Source: a bacterium (GTDB taxonomy: Bacteria; Patescibacteriota; Minisyncoccia; UBA6257; GWB1-50-10). Taken from it: DNA of 40,196 nucleotides. This document shows, in pieces, positions 9,447 through 17,060 of the stretch (its first letter is position 1; every line of letters begins with the position of its first letter). The stretch is from assembly GCA_027310235.1 (NCBI GenBank), contig DAIDBF010000008.1, forward strand, positions 1 through 40,196. Reading direction: 5' to 3'. The translations under genes and the position numbers were made by a program. A model generated the notes under the pieces. That model was not told where the DNA came from and did no database searches. It worked only from the letters and a program-made list of their open reading frames with translations.

Positions 9447-11300
9447 ATGAGCTTCTTTCGTAATCACACGCTCTTTGCGCCCGTCGCCATTTTCGTCATC
9501 CTCATCCTCTCGGGTTCTCTTATGTGGCTTACGAGCGGCCAGGAATCGGCGATTATGGATGAACTCGCCCATATTCCCGCCGGATACGGATATGCACGGT
9601 TCCTCGATTATCGGCTGAATCCGGAGCATCCTCCCCTCCTCAAAGCACTCTCCGCCCTCCCTCTCCTTTCTCTTCCGCTCACTTTCCCGACAGGAAGCTC
9701 TCATTGGACAGACGACACGAACGGCCAGTGGGATGTGGGAACTCTCTTCTTTTATGGATCGGGGAACAACGCAGATCAGATCCTCGAATACGTGAGGATA
9801 TTTCCCATCCTCCTCACGCTCCTTACTATCGTCCTCGTATACGTCTGGGCGCGCGAACTTTTTGGGAACGAGTGGGCGCTTCTTCCTGCATTCCTTTTCG
9901 GACTTTCTCCCACTGTACTCGCGCACGGACATTACGTGACGACCGATATCGCGGCGACATTCGGTTTTCTGCTTGCTACCTATGCATTCGTACGATTTTT
10001 AAACTCCCCTTCGCGCAACCGTCTTATCTGGGCGGGAATCGCACTCGGCATCGCGGAGCTCGCGAAGTTTTCCGTCGCGCTCCTCATCCCTTCTTTCGTG
10101 CTCTTCGCGGCATGCTATGCGATCGGAGAAACAATCCGGAAAAAAAACTCCGGCAACCCGGGGCGGCTGTTCCGTTTTTTCATTTCCCGCGCATGCTTAC
10201 GGATCGGGCAGTTGATTCTTATCTTCCTCATCGCACTCGCCGTAATCTATGTCGTGTATTTCATCGTCACCCTGAACTACCCGGCAGAAAAACAGGTGGA
10301 AGATACAAAAGCCATACTTGCCTCTTTCAGTCCTGCGTGGGCGGGAAACTTCGTGACGCAACTCGCGGGACTCGAGATTACCAGACCGATTGCGCAATAT
10401 TTTCTGGGCATCGCCATGGTGCTCCAGCGCTCAAGCGGCGGGAACACGGCATACTTCCTCGGCCACGTTTCGTCAGGCGGATGGTGGTACTACTTCCCCG
10501 TCGTCTTTCTCCTTAAGGAACCAATCCCTTCACTCATTCTCATCTTTATCGCACTTCTCACGGGACTCGCGGTACTCTTCGCGAAATCGCCCTTCGGAAT
10601 GAAACGAATGCGGCGCCTCGGGGAATATCTCGGAATCCACTTCGGCGAGTTCGTCATGATCCTTACCGTTCTGCTCTACTGGCTCTACAGCATTCGCTCG
10701 CCCTTGAATATCGGGATACGACATCTTCTCCCGACGCTTCCTTTCCTTTACATTCTCGCCACCGTCGGCATACAGCGCTTGCTTCGCGGAGACGTGAAGA
10801 AACGTCTTTGGAAAATCGCAGGTGTTGTCATTCTTGCATCTTGGTATCTCGGAGAAACAGTCGCGGCGTACCCTTATTTTCTCTCTTATTTCAACGAAAT
10901 CGGAGGAGGAACGGCGCAGGGATATCGGTATGTTACCGATTCGAATTACGACTGGGGACAGGATATGAAACGGCTTGCCGCATTCGTGAAGGAGCATAAT
11001 ATTCAAAAAATAGCCGTTGATTACTTCGGCGGCGGGGATCCGAAATATTATCTGGGCGACGATACCGTCGAACAGTGGAAATCGAGCAAAGGTGATCCGC
11101 GCATCGACGGAATCGAGTGGCTTGCGGTGTCGGTAAACACGCTCGAGAACGCAATTGCACCTACCGAGAACGGTTTTACGAGAAACACGAAAGACAGCTA
11201 TGAGTGGCTCACTTCGCTCCGCCCCCCCAAAGAAGGCATGGGGCAGGTTCCCGAGCCCGACTACCGGGTGGGGACCTCGATTTTTGTGTATCACCTCTAG
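9447..11300 (+). CDS. GT-C fold membrane glycosyltransferase (ArnT / PMT / family 39-like)
   Basis: 617 aa with many TM segments. It has the first-loop motif AIMDELAHIPAGYGY and a large C-terminal soluble domain. Confidence 0.65.
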   Translation: MSFFRNHTLFAPVAIFVILILSGSLMWLTSGQESAIMDELAHIPAGYGYARFLDYRLNPEHPPLLKALSALPLLSLPLTFPTGSSHWTDDTNGQWDVGTLFFYGSGNNADQILEYVRIFPILLTLLTIVLVYVWARELFGNEWALLPAFLFGLSPTVLAHGHYVTTDIAATFGFLLATYAFVRFLNSPSRNRLIWAGIALGIAELAKFSVALLIPSFVLFAACYAIGETIRKKNSGNPGRLFRFFISRACLRIGQLILIFLIALAVIYVVYFIVTLNYPAEKQVEDTKAILASFSPAWAGNFVTQLAGLEITRPIAQYFLGIAMVLQRSSGGNTAYFLGHVSSGGWWYYFPVVFLLKEPIPSLILIFIALLTGLAVLFAKSPFGMKRMRRLGEYLGIHFGEFVMILTVLLYWLYSIRSPLNIGIRHLLPTLPFLYILATVGIQRLLRGDVKKRLWKIAGVVILASWYLGETVAAYPYFLSYFNEIGGGTAQGYRYVTDSNYDWGQDMKRLAAFVKEHNIQKIAVDYFGGGDPKYYLGDDTVEQWKSSKGDPRIDGIEWLAVSVNTLENAIAPTENGFTRNTKDSYEWLTSLRPPKEGMGQVPEPDYRVGTSIFVYHL

Positions 11301-11495
11301 CGATACTCCTCCTGTCTTTCGCGAGCAGAAACACTTCCTCGCAAAAATCCTGCTCGTTCATCCTCGGAGATCCGAAAATTGCACAAACTCGACCTTATGG
11401 GACTCGAACAGTGTGCAATTTTTGATTTCCTTCGTCTTCACTCGCGGATTTTTGAACTCGTTCGTGTATGCTCACTCAAGACAGGAGGAGTATCG
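11301..11495 (+). repeat. structured repeat family F1, copy 2 (starts at the base after the glycosyltransferase stop)
   Basis: A perfect 17-bp outer helix pairs cgatactcctcctgtct (11301-11317) with agacaggaggagtatcg (11479-11495). The central 11-bp hairpin pairs 11375-11385 with 11412-11422 around the conserved loop aactcgaccttatgggactcgaacag. Confidence 0.7.
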
Positions 11496-11562
11496 CTGTC
11501 GTCCATATCTAGAAAATCTCGTTTTGAAAAAAAAGAGAGTTTATTTAGGACACAAGAACAAA

Positions 11563-11736
11563 GCGATCATCATTCCTCAAGAGAACATCGGTCGGAGAGC
11601 GTGAAAAAAATCCCCGAGCAACTCGCGTCGCCGAGCCAGGCCCCTCGCCCATAGGGCGTGCAGGGTGGCGAGGAGCGATAAAGCGAGGTGGATTTTCACG
11701 CTTGGAGACCCTGTGAACGAGAGGAATAATGATCGC
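11563..11736 (+). repeat. structured repeat family F3, copy c (tandem with F1 copy 2)
   Basis: The outer 16-nt arms are gcgatcatcattcctc and gaggaataatgatcgc. An inner 10-bp helix pairs agcgtgaaaa with ttttcacgct. The core gccgagccaggcccctcgccc-atag-ggcg...ggtggcgaggagcgataaagcgaggtgg is homologous to copy b. Confidence 0.6.
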
Positions 11737-11759
11737 TTATAACAAGAAAATAAGACGGG

Positions 11760-12569
11760 CTATTGGTAATATATCCTGTTCGGGATTTGGAGATCCACGG
11801 TCTTCACCTTCGAAAAATTAAGCTTACCCGACAGACTTCTTAAGATTGAGTTCAGATTCTCCGGCACGAAATCAAGAGCGAAGAGAAACGTCGGTCCCTG
11901 CGCGATCTCCGCAGACCACGCACGGAGCGAGCTATCCTCAAGAGTCACTCGAAGAGGAACAAATCCTTCGTTTTTAAGCGTTCGTAAGGTTGAAAACATA
12001 TTGTGAATCCATGAGCGGTTCGGAAAAAACGGCATCCCAAGAAGAGGCGTCCGCCGGTTCGTATCGCGAATCGTAAGAATGAGCGTCCCTTCGGCACTCG
12101 GCGCGGGAGCATACAGAACTCCCTCTTCGTCCATCAGAAAACATCCCGTCTCCGATGCTCCGCAGAGAATGCCGTATGGCGTTCGCGGTTCGACGATAAT
12201 ATCCACCTCTCTGGAGAAAAAATGAGGGGTAACCGTGATGCTTTTCAAATCAGGATACCGCTCCAGCTGCTTCGGCACTGAACCGAGCTCCCAGAAGAGA
12301 ATGTTGTTCGGCCCGAGCCATCCGCGCCACGGCACCGTGAGCATGCGGATCGAAAGCGCCGACGTGAGCTCTTCCTTGGACAACTGCGTCGATCCCTCGA
12401 GTCTAAAATCACTCACCTTGAACCACGAGAAATGGAGTATGAAGTACGCGCACCCGATAAGAAGCATAACGAGGAGCGCGATGCCGATAATCCAGTACCA
12501 CAGCGCGCGATGCGCCCGCCTCTGGCGCACCGCCGGATAATTCGATTCGTATCCTTTTTTCTGAAACAT
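11760..12569 (-). CDS. ftsQ: FtsQ-like cell division protein (single TM plus a POTRA-like domain)
   Basis: 269 aa. It has an N-terminal TM segment (WYWIIGIALLVMLLIGCAYFIL) followed by VSDFRLEGSTQLSKEELTSAL. Confidence 0.5.
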   Translation of the reverse strand: MFQKKGYESNYPAVRQRRAHRALWYWIIGIALLVMLLIGCAYFILHFSWFKVSDFRLEGSTQLSKEELTSALSIRMLTVPWRGWLGPNNILFWELGSVPKQLERYPDLKSITVTPHFFSREVDIIVEPRTPYGILCGASETGCFLMDEEGVLYAPAPSAEGTLILTIRDTNRRTPLLGMPFFPNRSWIHNMFSTLRTLKNEGFVPLRVTLEDSSLRAWSAEIAQGPTFLFALDFVPENLNSILRSLSGKLNFSKVKTVDLQIPNRIYYQ

Positions 12570-12578
12570 AAGCGTGAT

Positions 12579-13208
12579 TTACTGGTACACCCTCACAGGA
12601 AATGAGTACGTATTCGTTGTAGTATTCCCTCCGACCTCCATTTGTATAGTGTAGTCCCCTTCTTTGTCCCACGCGTGATTGATAACCGTAACTTCATTCT
12701 TCACGACTGTGCCGTTGTCCGCGGCCGCTCCGTCGCCCCAATCGACCCGATAGGAACTCCCGCTATTGATCGAAAAACTCAAGGGCACCGAAACTTTTGT
12801 CATAATCGTCGCCGGCGGAGGAGGAATATAAAAAGACGAGCTCGTGGGCTGAGAGATCGTCCCGCTCGTAAAAAGAGGCGCTGCTTGCAGATACGTGTTA
12901 TTCACCGTTACGGGAGAAGTTCCCTGAAGACCCGCGCCGGCATTCTGAATCGCTTCTCCCGCGCCCGAGAGCAACTTTCCCACCGTATCCCCGAGAAACG
13001 TCTTTATATTTGAGAACGTGCCACTCGCGACGTTCGTGCCGATTTCTTTTGCCTTGGATTCCGCGGCACTCCCGATGTTTTTCGAGGTCGTCTCGACGAA
13101 TTTTCCCGCATCCCCCGTTCCCCACCAGTTGTTATAGGAGTACCACGCGCCGTAACCGAGGAGCCCGAGAATAACGATCCATAAAAAAACTTTGAAAATC
13201 AACTTCAT
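12579..13208 (-). CDS. membrane-anchored protein with a C-terminal PKD-like domain
   Basis: 209 aa. It has an N-terminal TM segment. The C-terminus YRVDWGDGAAADNGTVVKNEVTVINHAWDKEGDYTIQMEV resembles the PKD WDFGDG...H.Y...G.Y pattern. Confidence 0.5.
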   Translation of the reverse strand: MKLIFKVFLWIVILGLLGYGAWYSYNNWWGTGDAGKFVETTSKNIGSAAESKAKEIGTNVASGTFSNIKTFLGDTVGKLLSGAGEAIQNAGAGLQGTSPVTVNNTYLQAAPLFTSGTISQPTSSSFYIPPPPATIMTKVSVPLSFSINSGSSYRVDWGDGAAADNGTVVKNEVTVINHAWDKEGDYTIQMEVGGNTTTNTYSFPVRVYQ

Positions 13209-13216
13209 TTTCTCTC

Positions 13217-13225
13217 ATTATACCA
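13217..13225 (-). promoter_or_regulatory. extended -10 promoter (TGGTATAAT), 8 nt from the ATG of the PKD-domain gene
   Basis: The minus strand reads GTTGTTTGGTATAATGAGAGAAAATG. Confidence 0.5.
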
Positions 13226-13277
13226 AACAACGAGAACGCATTCCCTGCGAACCTCTATCTGCAAAAGGAGGAAGCGT

Positions 13278-14531
13278 TTATCCTTTGATTTCTTTCTTCC
13301 CGATGTAATCCTGAATCACCTCCGGGATTTTGATGGTCCCCTCTTTGGTCTGGTAGTTTTCGAGAAGCGAAAGAAGAGGACGCTGCGAGAATGCCGTCGC
13401 ATTTAAGGTGTGTACAAACTCTTTTTTCCCGTCTTTCGTCTTGTACTTCACATTGATGCCGCGCGACTGGAAGTCGGTGGTGTTGGAGCAGGAATGCGTC
13501 TCGCGGTATCGTTCCTCGCTCGGGAACCACGCTTCGATATCGAACTGCCGCGCGTCTGTCCATCCCATGTCGCCGGTGCAAATTTCAACCACGCGATACG
13601 GAATCTCAAGCGCCTGCATGAGCTTCTCCTGAAGCGAGAGCAAAAACAGATGTTCCTCCCCCGATTGTTCCGGATGTACGAACGAGTACATCTCCACCTT
13701 GTCGAATTGATGCACTCTGAAGATTCCTTTCGTGTCTTTTCCGTACGATCCCGCTTCCCTTCTGAAACACGTCGAGAACCCGACGTAGCGCCGCGGGAGA
13801 TTCTGTTCTTCGAATGTTTCGTTCAGGTGATAGGGGCCCATCGTGTGCTCGGCGCTCCCAATAAGATACAGTTCATCCTTCGGGAAGTAATACCGTTCTT
13901 CTTTCTGATCTGCCGCGAGGCGTCCCATGCCCGCATAGACATCCGGTTTAATCATGACCGGAGGCAATATCGGAGTGAACCCTTCTTTGGTTAATATATC
14001 GAACGCGAGCCGCACGATAGCGAGCTCGAGAAGCGCCATATCCCCCACGAGATATCCGAAACGGCTTCCCGAGACCTCCGATGCTTTTTTCACATTGATG
14101 ATGCCGAGTCCTTCCGCAAGCGAGAGATAATCCTTGGGAACGAAATCGAATTCCGGTTTTTTTCCCACTTCGCGGAGCGTTTTGTTTTCGGTTTCGTCCT
14201 TTCCCACTGGCACGTCGGGAAAGGGAATATTCGGCAAGCGGTTCAACAGTTCTTTCCGCTTCGTCTCGGCGGTGGCGCACTCCGCCTCAAGTTCCGAGAT
14301 ACGCTGTTTTAAAAGCTGCGCGCGGCCTATCAGGTCCTCTTTCTGTTCCTTGGCGAGTTCCTTGCTTAGTGCATTCTGCTCCGCCTTAAGTTCATCGATC
14401 GCCTTTACCTTTCCGCGCCACGCAGTATCAAGCTGAAGAAACTTATCGACGAGCTTCTTGTCGATTTTTTTCTTCTCTACTCCTTCTTTTACCGCATCCG
14501 GATTCTCTCGGATGAAATTTACGTCTAGCAT
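13278..14531 (-). CDS. serS: seryl-tRNA synthetase
   Basis: 417 aa. It has an N-terminal coiled-coil arm and class II motifs (FRREAGSYGKDTKGIFRVHQF, TLNATAFSQRPL). Confidence 0.95.
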   Translation of the reverse strand: MLDVNFIRENPDAVKEGVEKKKIDKKLVDKFLQLDTAWRGKVKAIDELKAEQNALSKELAKEQKEDLIGRAQLLKQRISELEAECATAETKRKELLNRLPNIPFPDVPVGKDETENKTLREVGKKPEFDFVPKDYLSLAEGLGIINVKKASEVSGSRFGYLVGDMALLELAIVRLAFDILTKEGFTPILPPVMIKPDVYAGMGRLAADQKEERYYFPKDELYLIGSAEHTMGPYHLNETFEEQNLPRRYVGFSTCFRREAGSYGKDTKGIFRVHQFDKVEMYSFVHPEQSGEEHLFLLSLQEKLMQALEIPYRVVEICTGDMGWTDARQFDIEAWFPSEERYRETHSCSNTTDFQSRGINVKYKTKDGKKEFVHTLNATAFSQRPLLSLLENYQTKEGTIKIPEVIQDYIGKKEIKG

Positions 14532-14738
14532 ATGCCAATTTATCTTATTTTTCGAGCCATAACATTATGGCGATGAAAAATAAGCCATAATATTGAGCAC
14601 CCCCCACCTTTTCCTTCCCGGATGAGGGTTCGTGTTCGACGATTGCGTTGTTTTTGAATGATGTTCATAATGCTTGGTTTGTTATTCAAAAGGTGGGGGT
14701 AAGGTTTTGTCGATCGCACAAGGTGCGATACAAAGCCC
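14532..14738. repeat. structured repeat family F2, copy A (fills the lysS stop to serS ATG gap exactly)
   Basis: The helices are P1 aatttat/ataatatt, P2 cttattttt/aaaaataag, P3 cccccacctttt/aaaaggtggggg and P4 atcgcac/gtgcgat. The conserved linkers are gagcacc, ggtaaggttttgt and acaaagccc. Confidence 0.7.
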
Positions 14739-16184
14739 TTATTGTTCTTCTTTCATTAACGGGAAAAAGACCGCCTCCCGCATGGGCTTATCCATAATAA
14801 CCGCAAAAAGACGCTCCGAGACGCCGAATCCCGCAGCGGGCGGCATCCCATACTCGAGCGCTTCCAAAAAATCTTCATCCAGCATCTGGGCTTCATTATC
14901 TCCCGCGGCGCGAAGCGCCATTTGCTCTTCGAATCTTCCGCGCTGATCCTCCGGATCGTTCAACTCGGAAAACCCTTTTCCGAGCTCCGTCCCTAATGCA
15001 ACGATCTGAAAACGCTCTACGCGATCCGGTTTACCGGGAACGCGTTTTGCAAGCGGCTCGATTGCTACGGGGGGATTTATAAGAAAACAGGGCTCCGTTA
15101 AATTCGGACGGACGGTTTTTTTATAGATAAGATCAATAAGCCGTCCTTTCCCGGAATTCGGTTCGAATGGGATGCCGAGTTTCCGTGCGTGCGCTTCCAA
15201 TACTTCACGCGAAACCGTTGTGAGATCGAGTGCATTGTATTTTTTGAAAACTTCGTAGTAGTCCACTTTCTTCCATTGTTTTCCCCAGTTCACCTTTTTT
15301 CCGCTATGGACCATGAGAAGCGAACCGCACGTTTTTTTGATCGTCGCCTTGAACATCTTCTCCATGAGACGCATCATATCGTCATAATCCGCATACGCCC
15401 AGTAGCACTCCATCTGCGTATAATCCTGCAGATGCTCTCGATCAATTCCTTCGTTCCTGAATATTCTTCCTATCTCGAAGACCTTCTCAAAACCCGCAAC
15501 GAGCATCTTTTTCAGAGGAAGTTCGAGAGAAATACGAAGATAAAAATCCCTGTCCAGTGCATTATGATGGGTTGCGAAAGGTTCCGCTTCCGCCCCTCCC
15601 GGTACCGGCTCCAAAACGGGTGTCTCGACTTCCAAAAAGTTCTCCTGTTTCAAAAATGTACGGATAGTCCCCCAAAACACGCTTTTCTTTTTCATGAGTT
15701 CCAAAACCTCATGATTCATGATCCCGTCGAGATACCGTTTCCTCAAACGCGTTTCGATGTCTTCAAGCCCGTACCACGAATCCGGGAGAGGGCGAAGACT
15801 CTTCGTGATTATCCTCGCATTTTTGGCAACCACGCTTTTCTCGCCGCGCTTCGTTGTTATCACTCCGCCGGCAACCTCGAGGAAATCCCCCTTGTCAAGC
15901 GTTTCCTTAAGAAGCGTGAATTCTTTCGTCTCTCCCTTCTTTAAAAGCACCTGTAGTTTCCCGCTCGCATCCTCGAGATCAAGGAATATGATACCTCCTT
16001 GATCCCGCATTCCAATCACGCGCCCCGTGAGCCACACCTTTTTCTTTCCGCGGACGAACGCCGAAAATCGCGTAAGCACTTCCGCGATATGCGCCGTTCT
16101 TTTCACCTGTATCGGATATGGATCCGCCACTTCCCGATACCGTGAAAGTTTTTTACGTCGTTCTTCGATAAAATCTTCCAACAT
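14739..16184 (-). CDS. lysS: lysyl-tRNA synthetase, class II
   Basis: 481 aa. It has an OB anticodon-binding domain and a class II core (FRNEGIDREHLQDYTQMECYWAY, GMPPAAGFGVSERL). Confidence 0.95.
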   Translation of the reverse strand: MLEDFIEERRKKLSRYREVADPYPIQVKRTAHIAEVLTRFSAFVRGKKKVWLTGRVIGMRDQGGIIFLDLEDASGKLQVLLKKGETKEFTLLKETLDKGDFLEVAGGVITTKRGEKSVVAKNARIITKSLRPLPDSWYGLEDIETRLRKRYLDGIMNHEVLELMKKKSVFWGTIRTFLKQENFLEVETPVLEPVPGGAEAEPFATHHNALDRDFYLRISLELPLKKMLVAGFEKVFEIGRIFRNEGIDREHLQDYTQMECYWAYADYDDMMRLMEKMFKATIKKTCGSLLMVHSGKKVNWGKQWKKVDYYEVFKKYNALDLTTVSREVLEAHARKLGIPFEPNSGKGRLIDLIYKKTVRPNLTEPCFLINPPVAIEPLAKRVPGKPDRVERFQIVALGTELGKGFSELNDPEDQRGRFEEQMALRAAGDNEAQMLDEDFLEALEYGMPPAAGFGVSERLFAVIMDKPMREAVFFPLMKEEQ

Positions 16185-16382
16185 GCTAATACTATCTTAC
16201 GTTTCGAGCCGTACTACGGCGATGAAACGTAAGCCATAGTATTGCGCACCGAGCACTCAACGTGAGCATCTCGGGATTCGACGATAATTGTGATGTGGTG
16301 TGATTCATGGTGTTTCTTTCGAATATCGGGGTTGAGTGCTCGGTAAGGTTTTGTGTATCGCGCTTCGCGCGATATAAAGCCC
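16185..16382. repeat. structured repeat family F2, copy B (fills the greA stop to lysS ATG gap exactly)
   Basis: The helices are P1 aatactat/atagtatt, P2 cttacgtttc/gaaacgtaag, P3 gagcactcaac/gttgagtgctc and P4 atcgcgc/gcgcgat. By my manual alignment it has 8 mismatches in 198 nt against copy D. Confidence 0.75.
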
Positions 16383-16844
16383 TTACTGTATTTTCACAAT
16401 TGTATATTTGGAGATTCCCTTGGGTGTCTGCACCTCCACCGTCTCTCCGGCGTTTCTGCCCAAAAGCTCCCGTCCTAGAGGCGATTCGTTCGAAATAAGA
16501 TCTTGAAACGGATCCGCCTCGTTCGATCCCACGAGCGTGTATTCCACGCGCGCACCATTTCTTTCAAGCGAAACCTTCGATCCTAATCGGACTGTCGTTC
16601 CTCCTTTCGGCTGTTCCTCGATGATCGAAGATGCCTTGAGGAGCTCCTCAAGTTGAACTATCTTCTGTTCCAGAAGCGACTGCTCTTCACGCGCGGCCTG
16701 ATACTCCGCATTCTCCGAAAGATCGCCGAGATCTTTCGCGTGGCGCAGACGTTCGGAAACCGAACCGCGCCCCTCGGTCCTTAATGATTGCAACTCCGCA
16801 ACGAGTGCATCGTGGCGTTCCTTCGTTAAGTATTTTTGTGCCAT
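16383..16844 (-). CDS. greA: transcription elongation factor GreA
   Basis: The sequence MAQKYLTKERHDALVAELQSL...DLSENAEYQAAREEQ... is typical of GreA. The start at 16844 gives a normal 153-aa GreA. The ORF track start at 16940 runs into repeat F2 copy C. Confidence 0.85.
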   Translation of the reverse strand: MAQKYLTKERHDALVAELQSLRTEGRGSVSERLRHAKDLGDLSENAEYQAAREEQSLLEQKIVQLEELLKASSIIEEQPKGGTTVRLGSKVSLERNGARVEYTLVGSNEADPFQDLISNESPLGRELLGRNAGETVEVQTPKGISKYTIVKIQ

Positions 16845-17060
16845 TCTTGTCTTACTTTTTAAGCCCATCGTTGTGGCGCGAAAAAGTAAGCCACAAGAAT
16901 GAGCACCCCCCACCTTTTCCCAAAAGTGCGGGGGGTTCAACTGACCTTTTGTTTTGTTGATAATGCATATATTTGTCTAAAATTGTTTTCTAAAAGGTGG
17001 GGGGTAAGGTTTTGTCGATCGCGCTTCAAGCGGTGCGTGGAGAAGCGCGATACAAAGCCC
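16845..17060. repeat. structured repeat family F2, copy C (fills the mrdA stop to greA ATG gap exactly)
   Basis: The helices are P1 attcttgt/acaagaat (which includes two bases of the greA start codon), P2 cttacttttt/aaaaagtaag, P3 ccccccacctttt/aaaaggtgggggg and P4 atcgcgcttc/gaagcgcgat. Confidence 0.7.

Noticed and set aside
11386-11411. The F1 loop resembles the reverse complement of a tRNA T-arm (GGGACTCGAAC), so I considered a tRNA or tRNA fragment.
   Set aside because: No acceptor, D or anticodon arms can be drawn on either strand around any of the three copies.
11379-11654. Small ORFs running through the F1 repeats that share a peptide-like block (QTRPYGTRTV / QTRPEGTRTV) at 2058-2258, 11204-11425 and 25197-25973.
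   Set aside because: The conservation is explained by the invariant 26-nt loop. The flanking differences are compensatory stem changes and not synonymous changes. The supposed ORFs have different lengths, starts and contexts.
14532-14738. F2 elements as T-box leaders, since two copies precede aminoacyl-tRNA synthetase genes.
   Set aside because: I could not find the conserved T-box 14-mer (AGGGUGGNACCGCG-like) or a specifier-loop and antiterminator arrangement on the gene-sense strand. Identical elements also precede greA and rplQ.
16203-16232. A K-turn or box C/D-like motif in P2 read on the plus strand (cGAgcc...ggcGAUGA).
   Set aside because: It fits the K-turn consensus in copies A, B and D, but copy C has taagccc...ggcgcgaa, which breaks the tandem G-A pairs. 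It also requires the antisense strand to be the RNA. I kept it only as a weak hint about strand.
16270-16285. A tmRNA-like 5' motif (GGGATTCGACG) inside the P3 loop of F2.
   Set aside because: There is no tRNA-like acceptor/T-arm pairing, no resume codon or tag reading frame, and the motif occurs in several copies.
16245-16345. P3 of F2 copies B and D matches integron attC core motifs (ACTCAAC fits RYYYAAC; GTTGAGT fits GTTRRRY).
   Set aside because: Copies A and C replace these arms with cccccacctttt/aaaaggtggggg. No integrase or cassette-like genes are present, and the flanking genes are essential housekeeping genes.
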